Shown here: positions 50,530 through 60,791 of the stretch, piece by piece
How positions within the stretch are numbered: the stretch's first letter is position 1
Layout: each line of letters starts with the position of its first letter
NCBI GenBank assembly: GCA_944389595.1
Contig: CALXMY010000001.1
Span: 169,532 to 233,531, forward strand
Length of the DNA: 64,000 nucleotides
Origin: an uncultured Alphaproteobacteria bacterium
GTDB lineage: Bacteria; Pseudomonadota; Alphaproteobacteria; Rs-D84
Direction: 5' to 3'
Position numbers and translations under genes: made by a program
Notes under the pieces: generated by a model
Databases searched by the model: none
What the model was told of the DNA's origin: nothing
Seen by the model: only the letters and a program-made list of their open reading frames with translations

Positions 50530-52818
50530 TCAGAATTGCGTTTCAAACGATAACAGAAAACGTTGTTCGCGATCATATTTATTCATCTTTAACGGCCAAC
50601 CCCAACTGAAGTTCATTGGCCCCATTGGCGTATTCCAATAAATTCCAACACCAATTGATGTGCGCAATCCGCTGTCGATATAATTATCTCGGCATTCTGT
50701 TGACCCCGGAATACAATAAGTATATTCCTCTTTGGGCGGTTTGCCCAAAATACCATAATCAAAGAATACAAAGCCCTTTACCTGGTATTCATCAGGAATA
50801 AATATAGGGAAGTTTAACTGTGTTGAACCGTTTAGTTTCCACAATCCGCCCAACGAGTATGTTGTATACAGCCAATTACGTGAACCAACGCCCGCAATAT
50901 CAAACCCGCGCAACGATTCCCCACCCAGGAAATACCGATACACACGCGATACATACGAATCTTCCAATGGTTGTATTAACCCAAATTCCAACGATGAACG
51001 CAATTGCCACCGATCGTCCCAGAATTTAACCATGCCAATAATATCGGCATTATATCGCATATATGTTTCGGTGCCGCCGAAACCGGTATATGCAATACCT
51101 AAATTTCCAACAATACCGGTATGCGTATTTTGTGCAAAATTTGTATCTAAATTATAGTATCGTAAATATGTTCCCAGTGTAAATAAACTGGCATCGCGCC
51201 AACCATCGGCGGAATTCAAATCATAATTCTGGTCAAACGATGCAGATAAACGTACATTTTGCGACCAGTGGTCTGTTAATTTCCAACCCATACGCCCCGC
51301 CACGGTCAAAGAATCGCGGTCGTATCCAAAACCGCCCAACGACGTGTAATCATACATAGTATATGAAACATCAAATCCCGCGGATAATGGCCGGCCAAAT
51401 AAATAAGGTTCCGTGAAACTAAACAACGCCTGCTTTTGATATTGGGCGATTGACCCGCGCAGTTGTACTATTTGACCGCGTCCCATAAAATTGGATTCGG
51501 AAATACCGGCATCAATCATAAATCCGTTAATATTTGACCAACCAAAACCGCCCGATAATTCGCCGGTGGGCTGTTCTTCGACCTGAATATCCAGATTAAT
51601 CATATTTGCGTCGGCAATGCGATTAGGCACCATCTGTACATTTTTGAAATACCGTGTACGCATCAGATTTTGACGGCCTTCCTCGATTGTCTGTAACGAA
51701 AACGGATCGCCCGAGCGCATTGGAATCAATTGTTCAATAACCGAATCAAACGTACGAACATTGCCCAAAATATTTATGTTGTTTAAATAAATTCGATTTG
51801 TTTTTTCAATTTGAAATTCCATGTCTATGGTTTTTGTATCGTCGTTCTTTTTTGGAACAGGCGTAACATTTATGAACGCATAACCATGGTCTGCCACCGC
51901 CCCGCGCAGATTTGATATTGTTTCATCAACCAAATCGATATTGTAAACATCGCCCGAATCCATTGCGATTACATCATATAGTTCATCGTTTGGAACATCC
52001 GGAAATGGGTTTTTAATAGTTATTTTTCCAAAATCGTATTTATCGCCTTCGTCAACGGTAAATGTTACCGAATAATATTGCCGATCGGGGGTGAATACAC
52101 CATTTGCATCAGTTACCTGAATATCAACATAACCATTGCGCATATAAAATTGGCGTATCATTTGCTGGTCATATAATATTCTGTCTTCGTCGAATACATC
52201 AAATTGCGTCATAAAACGCCACCACGCATGCTCGCGCGATAAAATTTGGTCACGCAGTTCGGAATCGCGAAAAACCTTATTCCCATCAAAATCAATGCGC
52301 CGAATATATGTTGGATGACCTTCGTCAATTTCGTAAACCACATTTACACGGTTATCGTCCAATTCAATTTTTTGTGGTTCAATTGTTGTACCAAAAAAAC
52401 CCTTGCGCTGGTACAGTGTTAACATGCGTTGAACATCCGCCCCAATGACAGATTCATCGTATGAATCGCGCGATTTTAACCGTAATTCATTTTTTAAATC
52501 ATCGGTGGAAATTTCATCATTTCCCTCGATAGTTACCATGTTTACTGTTGGGGCCTCGGCAATATCGATTTTTAAAATATTTCCGGACATTTGAACACTG
52601 ACACGTGAAAAATACCCGCTTTCCTGCAATTTTTTTGCGATTTTATTTGTGTCTTCGGCGGAAATATTGTCACCAACCTTAACATCGGACAATATACGAA
52701 CAGATTCCGCATCCATACGTTGATTGCCACTGACATCAATACGTGAAACTGTTGCCGCAAACGCCGTTGGGGCAATTAATACCGCCGTGGTTGCAAATAA
52801 TAATTTTTTTGTATTCAT
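50530..52818 (-). CDS. bamA: outer membrane protein assembly factor BamA
   Basis: POTRA repeats, LRGF motif, TPMGPMNFS and terminal Phe. Confidence 0.97.
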   Translation of the reverse strand: MNTKKLLFATTAVLIAPTAFAATVSRIDVSGNQRMDAESVRILSDVKVGDNISAEDTNKIAKKLQESGYFSRVSVQMSGNILKIDIAEAPTVNMVTIEGNDEISTDDLKNELRLKSRDSYDESVIGADVQRMLTLYQRKGFFGTTIEPQKIELDDNRVNVVYEIDEGHPTYIRRIDFDGNKVFRDSELRDQILSREHAWWRFMTQFDVFDEDRILYDQQMIRQFYMRNGYVDIQVTDANGVFTPDRQYYSVTFTVDEGDKYDFGKITIKNPFPDVPNDELYDVIAMDSGDVYNIDLVDETISNLRGAVADHGYAFINVTPVPKKNDDTKTIDMEFQIEKTNRIYLNNINILGNVRTFDSVIEQLIPMRSGDPFSLQTIEEGRQNLMRTRYFKNVQMVPNRIADANMINLDIQVEEQPTGELSGGFGWSNINGFMIDAGISESNFMGRGQIVQLRGSIAQYQKQALFSFTEPYLFGRPLSAGFDVSYTMYDYTSLGGFGYDRDSLTVAGRMGWKLTDHWSQNVRLSASFDQNYDLNSADGWRDASLFTLGTYLRYYNLDTNFAQNTHTGIVGNLGIAYTGFGGTETYMRYNADIIGMVKFWDDRWQLRSSLEFGLIQPLEDSYVSRVYRYFLGGESLRGFDIAGVGSRNWLYTTYSLGGLWKLNGSTQLNFPIFIPDEYQVKGFVFFDYGILGKPPKEEYTYCIPGSTECRDNYIDSGLRTSIGVGIYWNTPMGPMNFSWGWPLKMNKYDREQRFLLSFETQF

Positions 52819-53877
52819 TTAATTTATTCCAAATACACGTGCCAAATCATTCCACATGGTTAACGCGAACAGTCCAATTATAAACAGCCATCCGACCAGA
52901 ATCGCGATTTCCATTCCGCGCCCCTCTAATTTGCGTCGGGTGATACCTTTGATAATTAAAATCAACAGATATCCACCATCCAACACGGGCAGGGGCAACA
53001 AATTTATAACACCCAAATTCACAGACAGCAACGCAATAATTGATAATAATGCGATAATTCCCATTGACAACGCCTGGCCGGAAACTTCGGCAATTGTGAT
53101 AAAAGAGCCTAATTGCTTTGACGAACGTTCGCCTGTGACAATTTGTTTTAACACCACCAATAATGTTTTTGATTGATAATATGTTTCGCGTGCGCCCGCA
53201 TATAACCCATCAAAAAATCCCTTTTTGCGCAATTCTGTTTTACTGCCGTCCGCGACCAGTCCCCACCGTTCCGCAGGCGATAATTGTACGCGCACCAAAT
53301 TTTCATCGCGCAACAGTAATACATCTGCATCATGCGTCGATGCCAATTCTTTGGCAATAATCAATTCGCCCCAATTTGTAATGGCTTCGTTATCGATTTG
53401 CATGATAATATCGCCGGGCTTAACGCCCGCATTAAACGCGACGCTTTCCTGAATAACCTGGCCAACAACGGGCAATTGTACTTCTTTGGCATGAAACATA
53501 AAAATCCCGGAATAAATCAGCCATGCCAAAATAAAATTCATGGTAACCCCGGCCGCAACAATAATAAATTGTTTCCATGCCGGTGCGGACAGATAATGTC
53601 CCTTTTTCTTTTCGGCGGGTAATTCGGCATATTTTTTTCGGTCAAACATGTCCTCTTGGCCATAAATGGAAACGTAGCCACCCAATGGAAAACATGCAAT
53701 TTTCCAAACTGTTCCACGTTTGTCATGCCATTTAATAATTGCTGGTCCAAACCCGATGGAAAAAGTGTCCACCCGAACACCCGCCCATCGTGCGGCCAAA
53801 AAATGTCCCAGTTCGTGAATAAACACCACGACACCCAAAACAATTAATAATGCGACAATGGCCAAAACAATCTGCAT
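52819..53877 (-). CDS. rseP: RIP metalloprotease RseP
   Basis: HELGH, PDZ domain and NLLPLPVLDGG. Confidence 0.95.
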   Translation of the reverse strand: MQIVLAIVALLIVLGVVVFIHELGHFLAARWAGVRVDTFSIGFGPAIIKWHDKRGTVWKIACFPLGGYVSIYGQEDMFDRKKYAELPAEKKKGHYLSAPAWKQFIIVAAGVTMNFILAWLIYSGIFMFHAKEVQLPVVGQVIQESVAFNAGVKPGDIIMQIDNEAITNWGELIIAKELASTHDADVLLLRDENLVRVQLSPAERWGLVADGSKTELRKKGFFDGLYAGARETYYQSKTLLVVLKQIVTGERSSKQLGSFITIAEVSGQALSMGIIALLSIIALLSVNLGVINLLPLPVLDGGYLLILIIKGITRRKLEGRGMEIAILVGWLFIIGLFALTMWNDLARVFGIN

Positions 53878-53907
53878 GATACCCTTCCTTGTCTTTTTAC
53901 TGATACC

Positions 53908-54552
53908 TTATAATATTACAAACCATATTAGTGGCAACGCATAAATCCACCCGTCAAATCTGTCCAACAATCCGCCATGCCCCGGCAATATGCGACCAAA
54001 ATCTTTCAGGCCCATTTTGCGTTTAATCCAACTGGCGGTTAAATCGCCGTATTGTGATAATAATGCAACGCTGATACCAATCCACATCAGTTGTGGCATA
54101 AATGTATCGGTTCCCAACAGCCCGTACATCAGTGATGCAAACGTTCCACATAATATTCCGGCAATTTGTCCGGCCCATGTTTTATTTGCGGACAAACGTT
54201 CCCACATTTTGTCACCGCCCAGTAACCGTCCAAAAAACCATGCCCCGATATCGGCACAGCATATAATTAATAACAACAACAACATAATCCATGGCCGTGT
54301 TCCGACCTGGTTTGCGGCAATTAACACAACAAACAGCCATAATAAAAATCCACCGAATGACAGCCAGTTTTTTTTCAAAACATCGCGTGGCGTACGCAAC
54401 AGGCAAATTATCATTTCAACAATCATTCCAATCGCAACAATTGTGCCCAGATATCGAACCGCCGGAATTCCGAAATATTCACCAACTGCGGCCAGAATAA
54501 CAATTAATGCCATAATTGCGCCAACAATAATGCGTTTTGTTGTATTTGACAT
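53908..54552 (-). CDS. cdsA: phosphatidate cytidylyltransferase
   Basis: S.NKTW.G, GDL..S..KR..G.KD.G..LPGHGG.LDRFD. Confidence 0.95.
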   Translation of the reverse strand: MSNTTKRIIVGAIMALIVILAAVGEYFGIPAVRYLGTIVAIGMIVEMIICLLRTPRDVLKKNWLSFGGFLLWLFVVLIAANQVGTRPWIMLLLLLIICCADIGAWFFGRLLGGDKMWERLSANKTWAGQIAGILCGTFASLMYGLLGTDTFMPQLMWIGISVALLSQYGDLTASWIKRKMGLKDFGRILPGHGGLLDRFDGWIYALPLIWFVIL

Positions 54553-54564
54553 ACTTTCACCTTT

Positions 54565-55326
54565 TTATTTTTTTCGTCCGGAATAGTTTGCCTTTTTACC
54601 GCCACCAAATCGCCGGTTACGTTTGGCATATTCATCCAATGTGTATTGCCATAATTTTTCACTGCGAACTAAATCAGGCCAATGTTCGGGCAAAAATAAC
54701 AATTCCGCATATGCCAATTTCCATAACAGGAAATTAGAAATCCGAAATTCATTACTGGTGCGTACCATTAAATCAATTGGTAATAATTCGCCCGTGTCCA
54801 GGAATGTTTCAAATGTTTCCTTGTCAACCGGTTCACCCGCGGCAACAGCCGCATTTACCGCGGAAACAATTTCGTCCTGGCCGCCGTAATTCAACGCAAA
54901 TACAACCGTTCCAGCGGTGCCTTCGGCGGATGCGGTCTCTAACTCGTCACATTTTTTTGCCAAACGCGCGGGTAATCTGTCACGTGAACCAACCACGCGA
55001 TAGCGCAGATTTTTTTCCAGTGCATGTTTCATATTCTTGTCCAATTCGGTATAAAACAAGTTCATCAGGAAATCGACTTCTTCCTGGGAACGGTTCCAAT
55101 TTTCCGTTGAAAACAAGAAAAAAGTAATTGTTGTTACACCGCGATTGATAAACCAATCGACCAAATTTTCGAAATTTGAAATTCCGGCCTGGTGTCCGGC
55201 CAACGGGGGCAGGCCACGCGCCTCGGCCCAACGGCGATTGCCGTCGCAAATAAATGCGATATGTTTTGGAATTTTGGGTGCCACCGCCGGTTGAACGCTT
55301 TCTTTCTTTTTGAATAATTTAAACAT
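54565..55326 (-). CDS. uppS: undecaprenyl diphosphate synthase
   Basis: HIAFICDGNRRWA, FSTENW.R and RTS.E.RISNFLLW. Confidence 0.97.
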   Translation of the reverse strand: MFKLFKKKESVQPAVAPKIPKHIAFICDGNRRWAEARGLPPLAGHQAGISNFENLVDWFINRGVTTITFFLFSTENWNRSQEEVDFLMNLFYTELDKNMKHALEKNLRYRVVGSRDRLPARLAKKCDELETASAEGTAGTVVFALNYGGQDEIVSAVNAAVAAGEPVDKETFETFLDTGELLPIDLMVRTSNEFRISNFLLWKLAYAELLFLPEHWPDLVRSEKLWQYTLDEYAKRNRRFGGGKKANYSGRKK

Positions 55327-55364
55327 TTTAAATCCGATAGAGTTACAGTATTGATTGCGTGGTT

Positions 55365-55925
55365 TTAAACAGACATAATGTCGGCTTCTTTTTGTTTGGC
55401 CAATGCGTCAACATCAGCGGCACGTTTGTCGAAAACCTTTTGCAAATCATCTTCGAATTTATGTTGATCGTCCTCGGAAATTTCCTTGTCTGTAACGGCG
55501 CGTTTAATTTTACCCATTGCATCCTGGCGAATATTGCGCATGGAAATTTTTGCTTCTTCGGCGTATTTGCCCGCAACCTTGGTCAGTTCTTTGCGGCGTT
55601 CTTCGGTTAATGGTGGCATGTTCAAACGAATAACCCCACCGGCCGTCATCGGATTTAGCCCCAATCCAGAATCGCGAATTGCTTTTTCAACCGGACCCGC
55701 ATTATTAATATCCCACACAGTAACGGTTAATGTTTGATTGTCGGGCGTTGCCACGGTTGCAACCTGGTTCAACGGCATATCAGAACCGTACACCGGCACG
55801 CGTACGCCATCCAACAGGTGTACAGATGCGCGACCCGTACGTAACCCCGCATATTCATTTTGTAAAACTTCCAGTGTTTGTTGTGTTTTTTGTTCAACTT
55901 CGGCTTTCAGTGATTGATAGTCCAT
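55365..55925 (-). CDS. frr: ribosome recycling factor
   Basis: LRTGRAS, YGS..PLNQVA and PPLTEERRKEL. Confidence 0.97.
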   Translation of the reverse strand: MDYQSLKAEVEQKTQQTLEVLQNEYAGLRTGRASVHLLDGVRVPVYGSDMPLNQVATVATPDNQTLTVTVWDINNAGPVEKAIRDSGLGLNPMTAGGVIRLNMPPLTEERRKELTKVAGKYAEEAKISMRNIRQDAMGKIKRAVTDKEISEDDQHKFEDDLQKVFDKRAADVDALAKQKEADIMSV

Positions 55926-56006
55926 GATAAAATCTCCTTGTGCTTAAAAATGTTAGCAAATTGATTTGACTTTTTGCAAGAAGAAATATAAAATAGCGCA
56001 ATGCAT

Positions 56007-56082
56007 GGGGTTGTAGCTCAGTTGGTAGAGCACTTGCATGGCATGCAAGGGGTCGTCGGTTCGAGTCCGATCAGCTCCACCA
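56007..56082 (+). tRNA. tRNA-Ala(GGC)
   Basis: GGGGTTG...CAGCTCC-A-CCA acceptor; anticodon arm CTTGC-ATGGCAT-GCAAG. Confidence 0.95.
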
Positions 56083-56093
56083 GATTTCAGTAT

Positions 56094-56171
56094 GGCGGAT
56101 GTAGCTCAGCTGGTTAGAGCGTTGGTTTGTGGTACCAAATGTCGCCGGTTCGAATCCGGTCATCCGCCCCA
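56094..56171 (+). tRNA. tRNA-His(GTG) with encoded G-1 and C73
   Basis: G-GCGGATG...CATCCGC-C-CCA; anticodon arm TTGGT-TTGTGGT-ACCAA. Confidence 0.95.
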
Positions 56172-56211
56172 GAAATAAAAATCGCCCGTTGGGCGATTTT
56201 TATTTCTGTGT

Positions 56212-56346
56212 AAGGATGCGGATTTGAACCGGCGAAAAAGCCGTTCGAACCGCCGCAAAAAGGCGGACGGCAGTACGCCGGTTGTGCGTATGCACAATTT
56301 TGCAAGGTGATGAAGCGCAGCGGAATAATCCGGTCATCCGTCTCAA
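56212..56346. repeat. tRNA-His-derived repeat element
   Basis: Begins with an imperfect inverted copy of the tRNA T-arm (GGATGCGGATTTGAACCGGCGA) and ends with a direct copy of the tRNA 3' end (AATCCGGTCATCCG). Confidence 0.65.
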
Positions 56347-56428
56347 CAGAGCGGACAGAAAATACATTGACATTTATATTTTTTGTACTATATTATTGCG
56401 TAGTAATGTAAACAACAGGAGTCCGCCA

Positions 56429-56731
56429 ATGATAGACATCAAGATATTATTGGAACAAAATGAAATTTTGAAAGAAAAAAATGCTCGTTTATATGACGAG
56501 ATTGGAAAACAAAAATTCCAAGTTAACGAATTAGTCGTTAAAAACGCGGAATTATTGAAAAAAATTGCACAATTAGAATCCGAAAAACAGCAATTAAACG
56601 AACTTATTGCTGCAAAAGATGCCGAAATTCGTAAATTGCATCAGGACAAAGAAGTAATTACCGAATACAATAAACGTTTGTATGACCAGGTAAAAATTCA
56701 ACGTCAAAAACAGACACAAAACGTACGTTAA
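56429..56731 (+). CDS. coiled-coil hypothetical protein, C-terminus ...QKQTQNVR
   Basis: TTGACA promoter at ~56367; AGGAG SD; ATG at 56429; followed by a terminator. Confidence 0.75.
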   Translation: MIDIKILLEQNEILKEKNARLYDEIGKQKFQVNELVVKNAELLKKIAQLESEKQQLNELIAAKDAEIRKLHQDKEVITEYNKRLYDQVKIQRQKQTQNVR

Positions 56732-56870
56732 AAAAACGTCCCATTGGGGCGTTTTTTATGATATATAATGTCATCCTGGGGTAACGCCCCCAGTGTAATT
56801 TTTTTCACTGGATACACACACGGGGCGCAATATTTATTCTTAAAAACAAACGGGGCAAACGCCCCGTTTG

Positions 56871-58667
56871 TTATCCAACCAACTTGTGCCAAATGCTTTG
56901 CTTTTTGGCGGGCTGTTTTTTCCGTTTGCGACGCGGCGCGTTCATAGTTGTCTTTTTTGCGTCCGTGTGTCGCGCATTTTTACGTTTGGCATCCGTCGAC
57001 GGTGCGTATGCGTTCAGCAATTCTTCGGTTTTATTTTGCTCTGGTGCCACACGTTGTATAGAATATTGATCAATATTCATCAGACTGTCATCGCCAACAA
57101 TTACGATTTCGGTTTCAAATTCCGATTCCATTGCGGCCAATTCGGCACGTTTATTGTTCAACAGATAAATTGCCACATCCGTCGGCACAGTCATAATGAT
57201 TTTTTGTGCACTTTTGGCCAGCAACTTTTCCTGTAAATGGCGGAACAAAATAATCGCGGCGGTTTGAATCGATGGCACGACACCCGCGCCCATACAGTGC
57301 GGACACTGTACATACGATGATTCCATAAAACTGCTGCGCAAACGTTGGCGTGACAGCATCAACACGCCGAAATTATTGATTTTTGCAACCTGGGTCCGGG
57401 CACGGTCACGTTTCATAACCTCGCGCATTTTGGATTCCAGTTTGCGGTTGTTTTTTTCTTCCTCCATATCAATAAAATCAATTGCGACAATTCCCGCCAA
57501 ATCACGCAGGCGCAATTGCAGGGCGATTTCCTCGGCCGCCTCCAGATTGGTATTCAGGGCGGTTTGTTCAATATCTTTTTCCTTTATCGCACGTGACGAA
57601 TTAACGTCAATTGTAACCATGGCTTCGGTTTGATTAATAACCAGTGACCCGCCTGATGGCAATTGTACGTATGGGCCATGCATGCCCTCTAGTTGTTTTT
57701 CAACGCCGGCCTTGACCATTAATGGAACGGCCGGATCACGATATTGAACCAATTGTTTGCGTGGCACACGACCGTACATTTGTTGAAAATACTGTTTGGC
57801 GGCATCATACGCTTCTTCGCCCTGGATAATTAAAACATCGTCTTTGTCCGACAGAAAATCACGCACAACGCGGCGTAACAGCGAATCTTCGGTATGAATG
57901 GTGACGGGTGCAACCGATTCCAATGTTGTTTTACGAATTTCGTTCCATAAATTTACCAAATAATCATAATCTTTGGCAATATCAACGGCATTTGCGCCCA
58001 ATGCCGCCGTGCGCAGAACCACAGTCATACCCTTTGGTATTTTTAATTCGTGTAATATCTCGCGCAGACGTGCACGTTCGGCCTTGTCGGAAATCTTTTT
58101 TGAAATTCCATAGCTGTTGCGTTTGCGTGAATTTGGCATCAAAACGGCAAAACGACCCGCCAACGACAGATATGTTGTCATTGATGCGCCTTTTTGGCCG
58201 CGTTCCTCTTTGACACCCTGGATTAACAATATTTGTTTTGGTTTTATAACGTCCTGAATTTTAAATTCGTGTGACCGTTTAATTAATTCCTTGTTATCTT
58301 CGCCGGCACTGTGGTCGTCGTATTCGGCAACCTCGTCATTTTCGTCATCTGGATCATCATCGTCATCGATGATGTTCGCATGCGCCAATTCCAACAGTTT
58401 CTTTTTTTGTTCGGGTGTTACCTGGTAATAATCCGGATGTATTTCCGAAAACGGTAAAAATCCATTTTTCCCCGAACCATAATCAACAAATGCCGCCTGC
58501 AAGGAAGGTTCGACGCGAATAACCTTGGCCAGATAAATATTTCCCTTTATCTGGGGTTTTGTGGTTGTTTCAACGTCAAAATCAGAAACACGATTTGTTG
58601 CGGCATCCACAACGACTACACGCGTTTCCTCCGGGTGGACTGCGTCCACATAAATCTTCTTTGACAT
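56871..58667 (-). CDS. rne: ribonuclease E/G
   Basis: KGNIYLAKV.RVEPSLQAAFV, IDVNS, LRLRDL.G...IDFIDM and CPHC.G.G. Confidence 0.96.
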   Translation of the reverse strand: MSKKIYVDAVHPEETRVVVVDAATNRVSDFDVETTTKPQIKGNIYLAKVIRVEPSLQAAFVDYGSGKNGFLPFSEIHPDYYQVTPEQKKKLLELAHANIIDDDDDPDDENDEVAEYDDHSAGEDNKELIKRSHEFKIQDVIKPKQILLIQGVKEERGQKGASMTTYLSLAGRFAVLMPNSRKRNSYGISKKISDKAERARLREILHELKIPKGMTVVLRTAALGANAVDIAKDYDYLVNLWNEIRKTTLESVAPVTIHTEDSLLRRVVRDFLSDKDDVLIIQGEEAYDAAKQYFQQMYGRVPRKQLVQYRDPAVPLMVKAGVEKQLEGMHGPYVQLPSGGSLVINQTEAMVTIDVNSSRAIKEKDIEQTALNTNLEAAEEIALQLRLRDLAGIVAIDFIDMEEEKNNRKLESKMREVMKRDRARTQVAKINNFGVLMLSRQRLRSSFMESSYVQCPHCMGAGVVPSIQTAAIILFRHLQEKLLAKSAQKIIMTVPTDVAIYLLNNKRAELAAMESEFETEIVIVGDDSLMNIDQYSIQRVAPEQNKTEELLNAYAPSTDAKRKNARHTDAKKTTMNAPRRKRKKQPAKKQSIWHKLVG

Positions 58668-58875
58668 TTAGTAATCCTTTTGTTTTATATGCGTATGCAA
58701 TGGCAATAATCCGTCCCTGTGGGGTGTCCGTACCCATGCCAAGGGAATGCGCCACGATAACAAACAGCGCGTATCGAATTAGCGAAAATATTGATAGTAT
58801 AAACACTGTTATATCAACCCCATGCAATACGTCCAGCCCCCAGCATAACATGTTGTGACCGTGCAAGCAAGGTAT

Positions 58876-59898
58876 TTATTTTTTTCTGTGTCTGATATTT
58901 TTTAATTTGGCGGGAATTTGCGGAATTTTTTCTTTGGCTTCGCGCATCCATTTTTTCATGCGTGTCCGCAACCAATTTTCATATATGAAAAATAATCCAC
59001 CGGCACCAATTAATGGCAGCACGTAATATATTATTCTGTATGCCAACAGTGCGCCAAAAATATCGGCCTTGTCCACGGTATCGGGCAATGCCAGCAAAAA
59101 TATGCTTTCAAATACGCCAATTCCACCGGGTACCTGGCTGAACACACCGGTGGCCTGGGCAATTACAAATAATCCGATATATGTTCCGAATGGAATATGT
59201 ACAAACGGTAACAGGCAAAAATATAAAACCATTCCGGCCAAAACACTGTCCGCGGCACCCAAAAATATTTGCAACAGTGCGGTTTTTGTTGTGGGAATAT
59301 CAAATTTTATTTTTCCAACCTTGATATTTTTGCGTTTCAAGAATAATGTAGCCGTCAAATACGCAATTACCGCCGCCATACAGATAAAAAACAGGGTGTT
59401 TATACCAACGCTGGCCCCCACAGAACGTTCCAATATTTCAGATGGAACCAAAAAATATCCAACTATGACAATTGCTGAAAACCCCAGGAAAAATGTAATC
59501 CCCGAAAAAGTCAGCATTTTTACAATATCACCACCACTGATGCGCCATCTGGTATATAATCTGTATCGTATTGCGCCGCCACTGACCACGGCATGTCCGG
59601 CGTTATTGCTGATTGCAAACCCCAGCATTCCCGCCAACATCCATTTCCACCATGATACGCGTGCGCCAATATATCGCAGTGCCAAGAAATCATATAATGA
59701 TAATGCCAAATATCCCGCCAGACATGCCACACATGCCGCCAATAAGTTTACAACAGGTATCGCCATCAGCGCATGTATGATGTCATAAAAATTGTATTCG
59801 CGCAGTTGCCACCATAACATTACGGCGGCCAGTGCAAAGAAAAAAAAGCCCGAATAACTAACTATTTTTTTAAACAGTCGTTTTGCTTTGGCTGACAT
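58876..59898 (-). CDS. lysylphosphatidylglycerol synthase TM-domain (UPF0104/MprF N-terminal) protein
   Basis: YD.LAL, SGGAIRYRLY, VPGGIGVFE and LLAYRIIYY. Confidence 0.88.
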   Translation of the reverse strand: MSAKAKRLFKKIVSYSGFFFFALAAVMLWWQLREYNFYDIIHALMAIPVVNLLAACVACLAGYLALSLYDFLALRYIGARVSWWKWMLAGMLGFAISNNAGHAVVSGGAIRYRLYTRWRISGGDIVKMLTFSGITFFLGFSAIVIVGYFLVPSEILERSVGASVGINTLFFICMAAVIAYLTATLFLKRKNIKVGKIKFDIPTTKTALLQIFLGAADSVLAGMVLYFCLLPFVHIPFGTYIGLFVIAQATGVFSQVPGGIGVFESIFLLALPDTVDKADIFGALLAYRIIYYVLPLIGAGGLFFIYENWLRTRMKKWMREAKEKIPQIPAKLKNIRHRKK

Positions 59899-60021
59899 TA
59901 AATTTCCTTTATTCCTGCGCAGGGTACAATTATACAATAAAAAAATCAAATATAAAAAAATTGCAATCCTGCAACTTTATTATATAGTAATACGAAACAA
60001 AAAATAAAAAAAGGATTAATT

Positions 60022-60738
60022 ATGATGCGTCCATCAATGCGCAAAGCCGATCAAATGCGTCCTGTATCAATGGAAACAGGCATTAATAAATGGGCCGAGG
60101 GGTCGTGTTTGATAAAAATGGGCGGAACCCAGGTATTATGCACTGCATCGGTTGAAATGAATCAACCACTGTGGAAACGGTTGCAAAATAAAACCGGGGG
60201 ATGGGTAACGGCGGAATATTCAATGTTGCCACGCGCAAACAGTGCACGCAAAGGACGCGACACATTGGCCAAGGATCATCGCAGCGCGGAAATATCGCGT
60301 CTGATTGGTCGCGCATTACGCAGCGTGGTTGATATGGAAAAATTGGGTCGGCATACAATAACAATTGATTGTGACGTAATCCAGGGCGACGGCGGAACAC
60401 GTTGCGCATCTGTGACCGGTGGATATGTGGCAATGGTGTTGGCCGTGCGCTGGTTAATGAACGCGGGGCGGATACACGAAAATCCAATACGGGATTATGT
60501 TGCCGCAATTTCTGCGGGACTGTGGGATGGCGAATTGGTTCTGGATTTGGATTACGACGAAGATTGTGTTGCGGAATTAGATTCTAATTTTGTTATATCG
60601 GGGGACGGTAATTTCATTGAAATTCAGGCGACCGGTGAACAGCACCCGTTCAATCGTGAACAAATTGAAAAATTGATGGATTTGGCATCTGAGGGATGCA
60701 AAAAATTAATCGATTTACAAAAACAAGTATTGAATTAA
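60022..60738 (+). CDS. rph: ribonuclease PH
   Basis: GWVTAEYSMLPRA, EISRLIGR.LR and DGGTR motifs. Confidence 0.96.
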   Translation: MMRPSMRKADQMRPVSMETGINKWAEGSCLIKMGGTQVLCTASVEMNQPLWKRLQNKTGGWVTAEYSMLPRANSARKGRDTLAKDHRSAEISRLIGRALRSVVDMEKLGRHTITIDCDVIQGDGGTRCASVTGGYVAMVLAVRWLMNAGRIHENPIRDYVAAISAGLWDGELVLDLDYDEDCVAELDSNFVISGDGNFIEIQATGEQHPFNREQIEKLMDLASEGCKKLIDLQKQVLN

Positions 60739-60791
60739 AAAACAATTTTAGTGTTGCTAAATTATACGGTTTCGATTACATTTTATAATGT

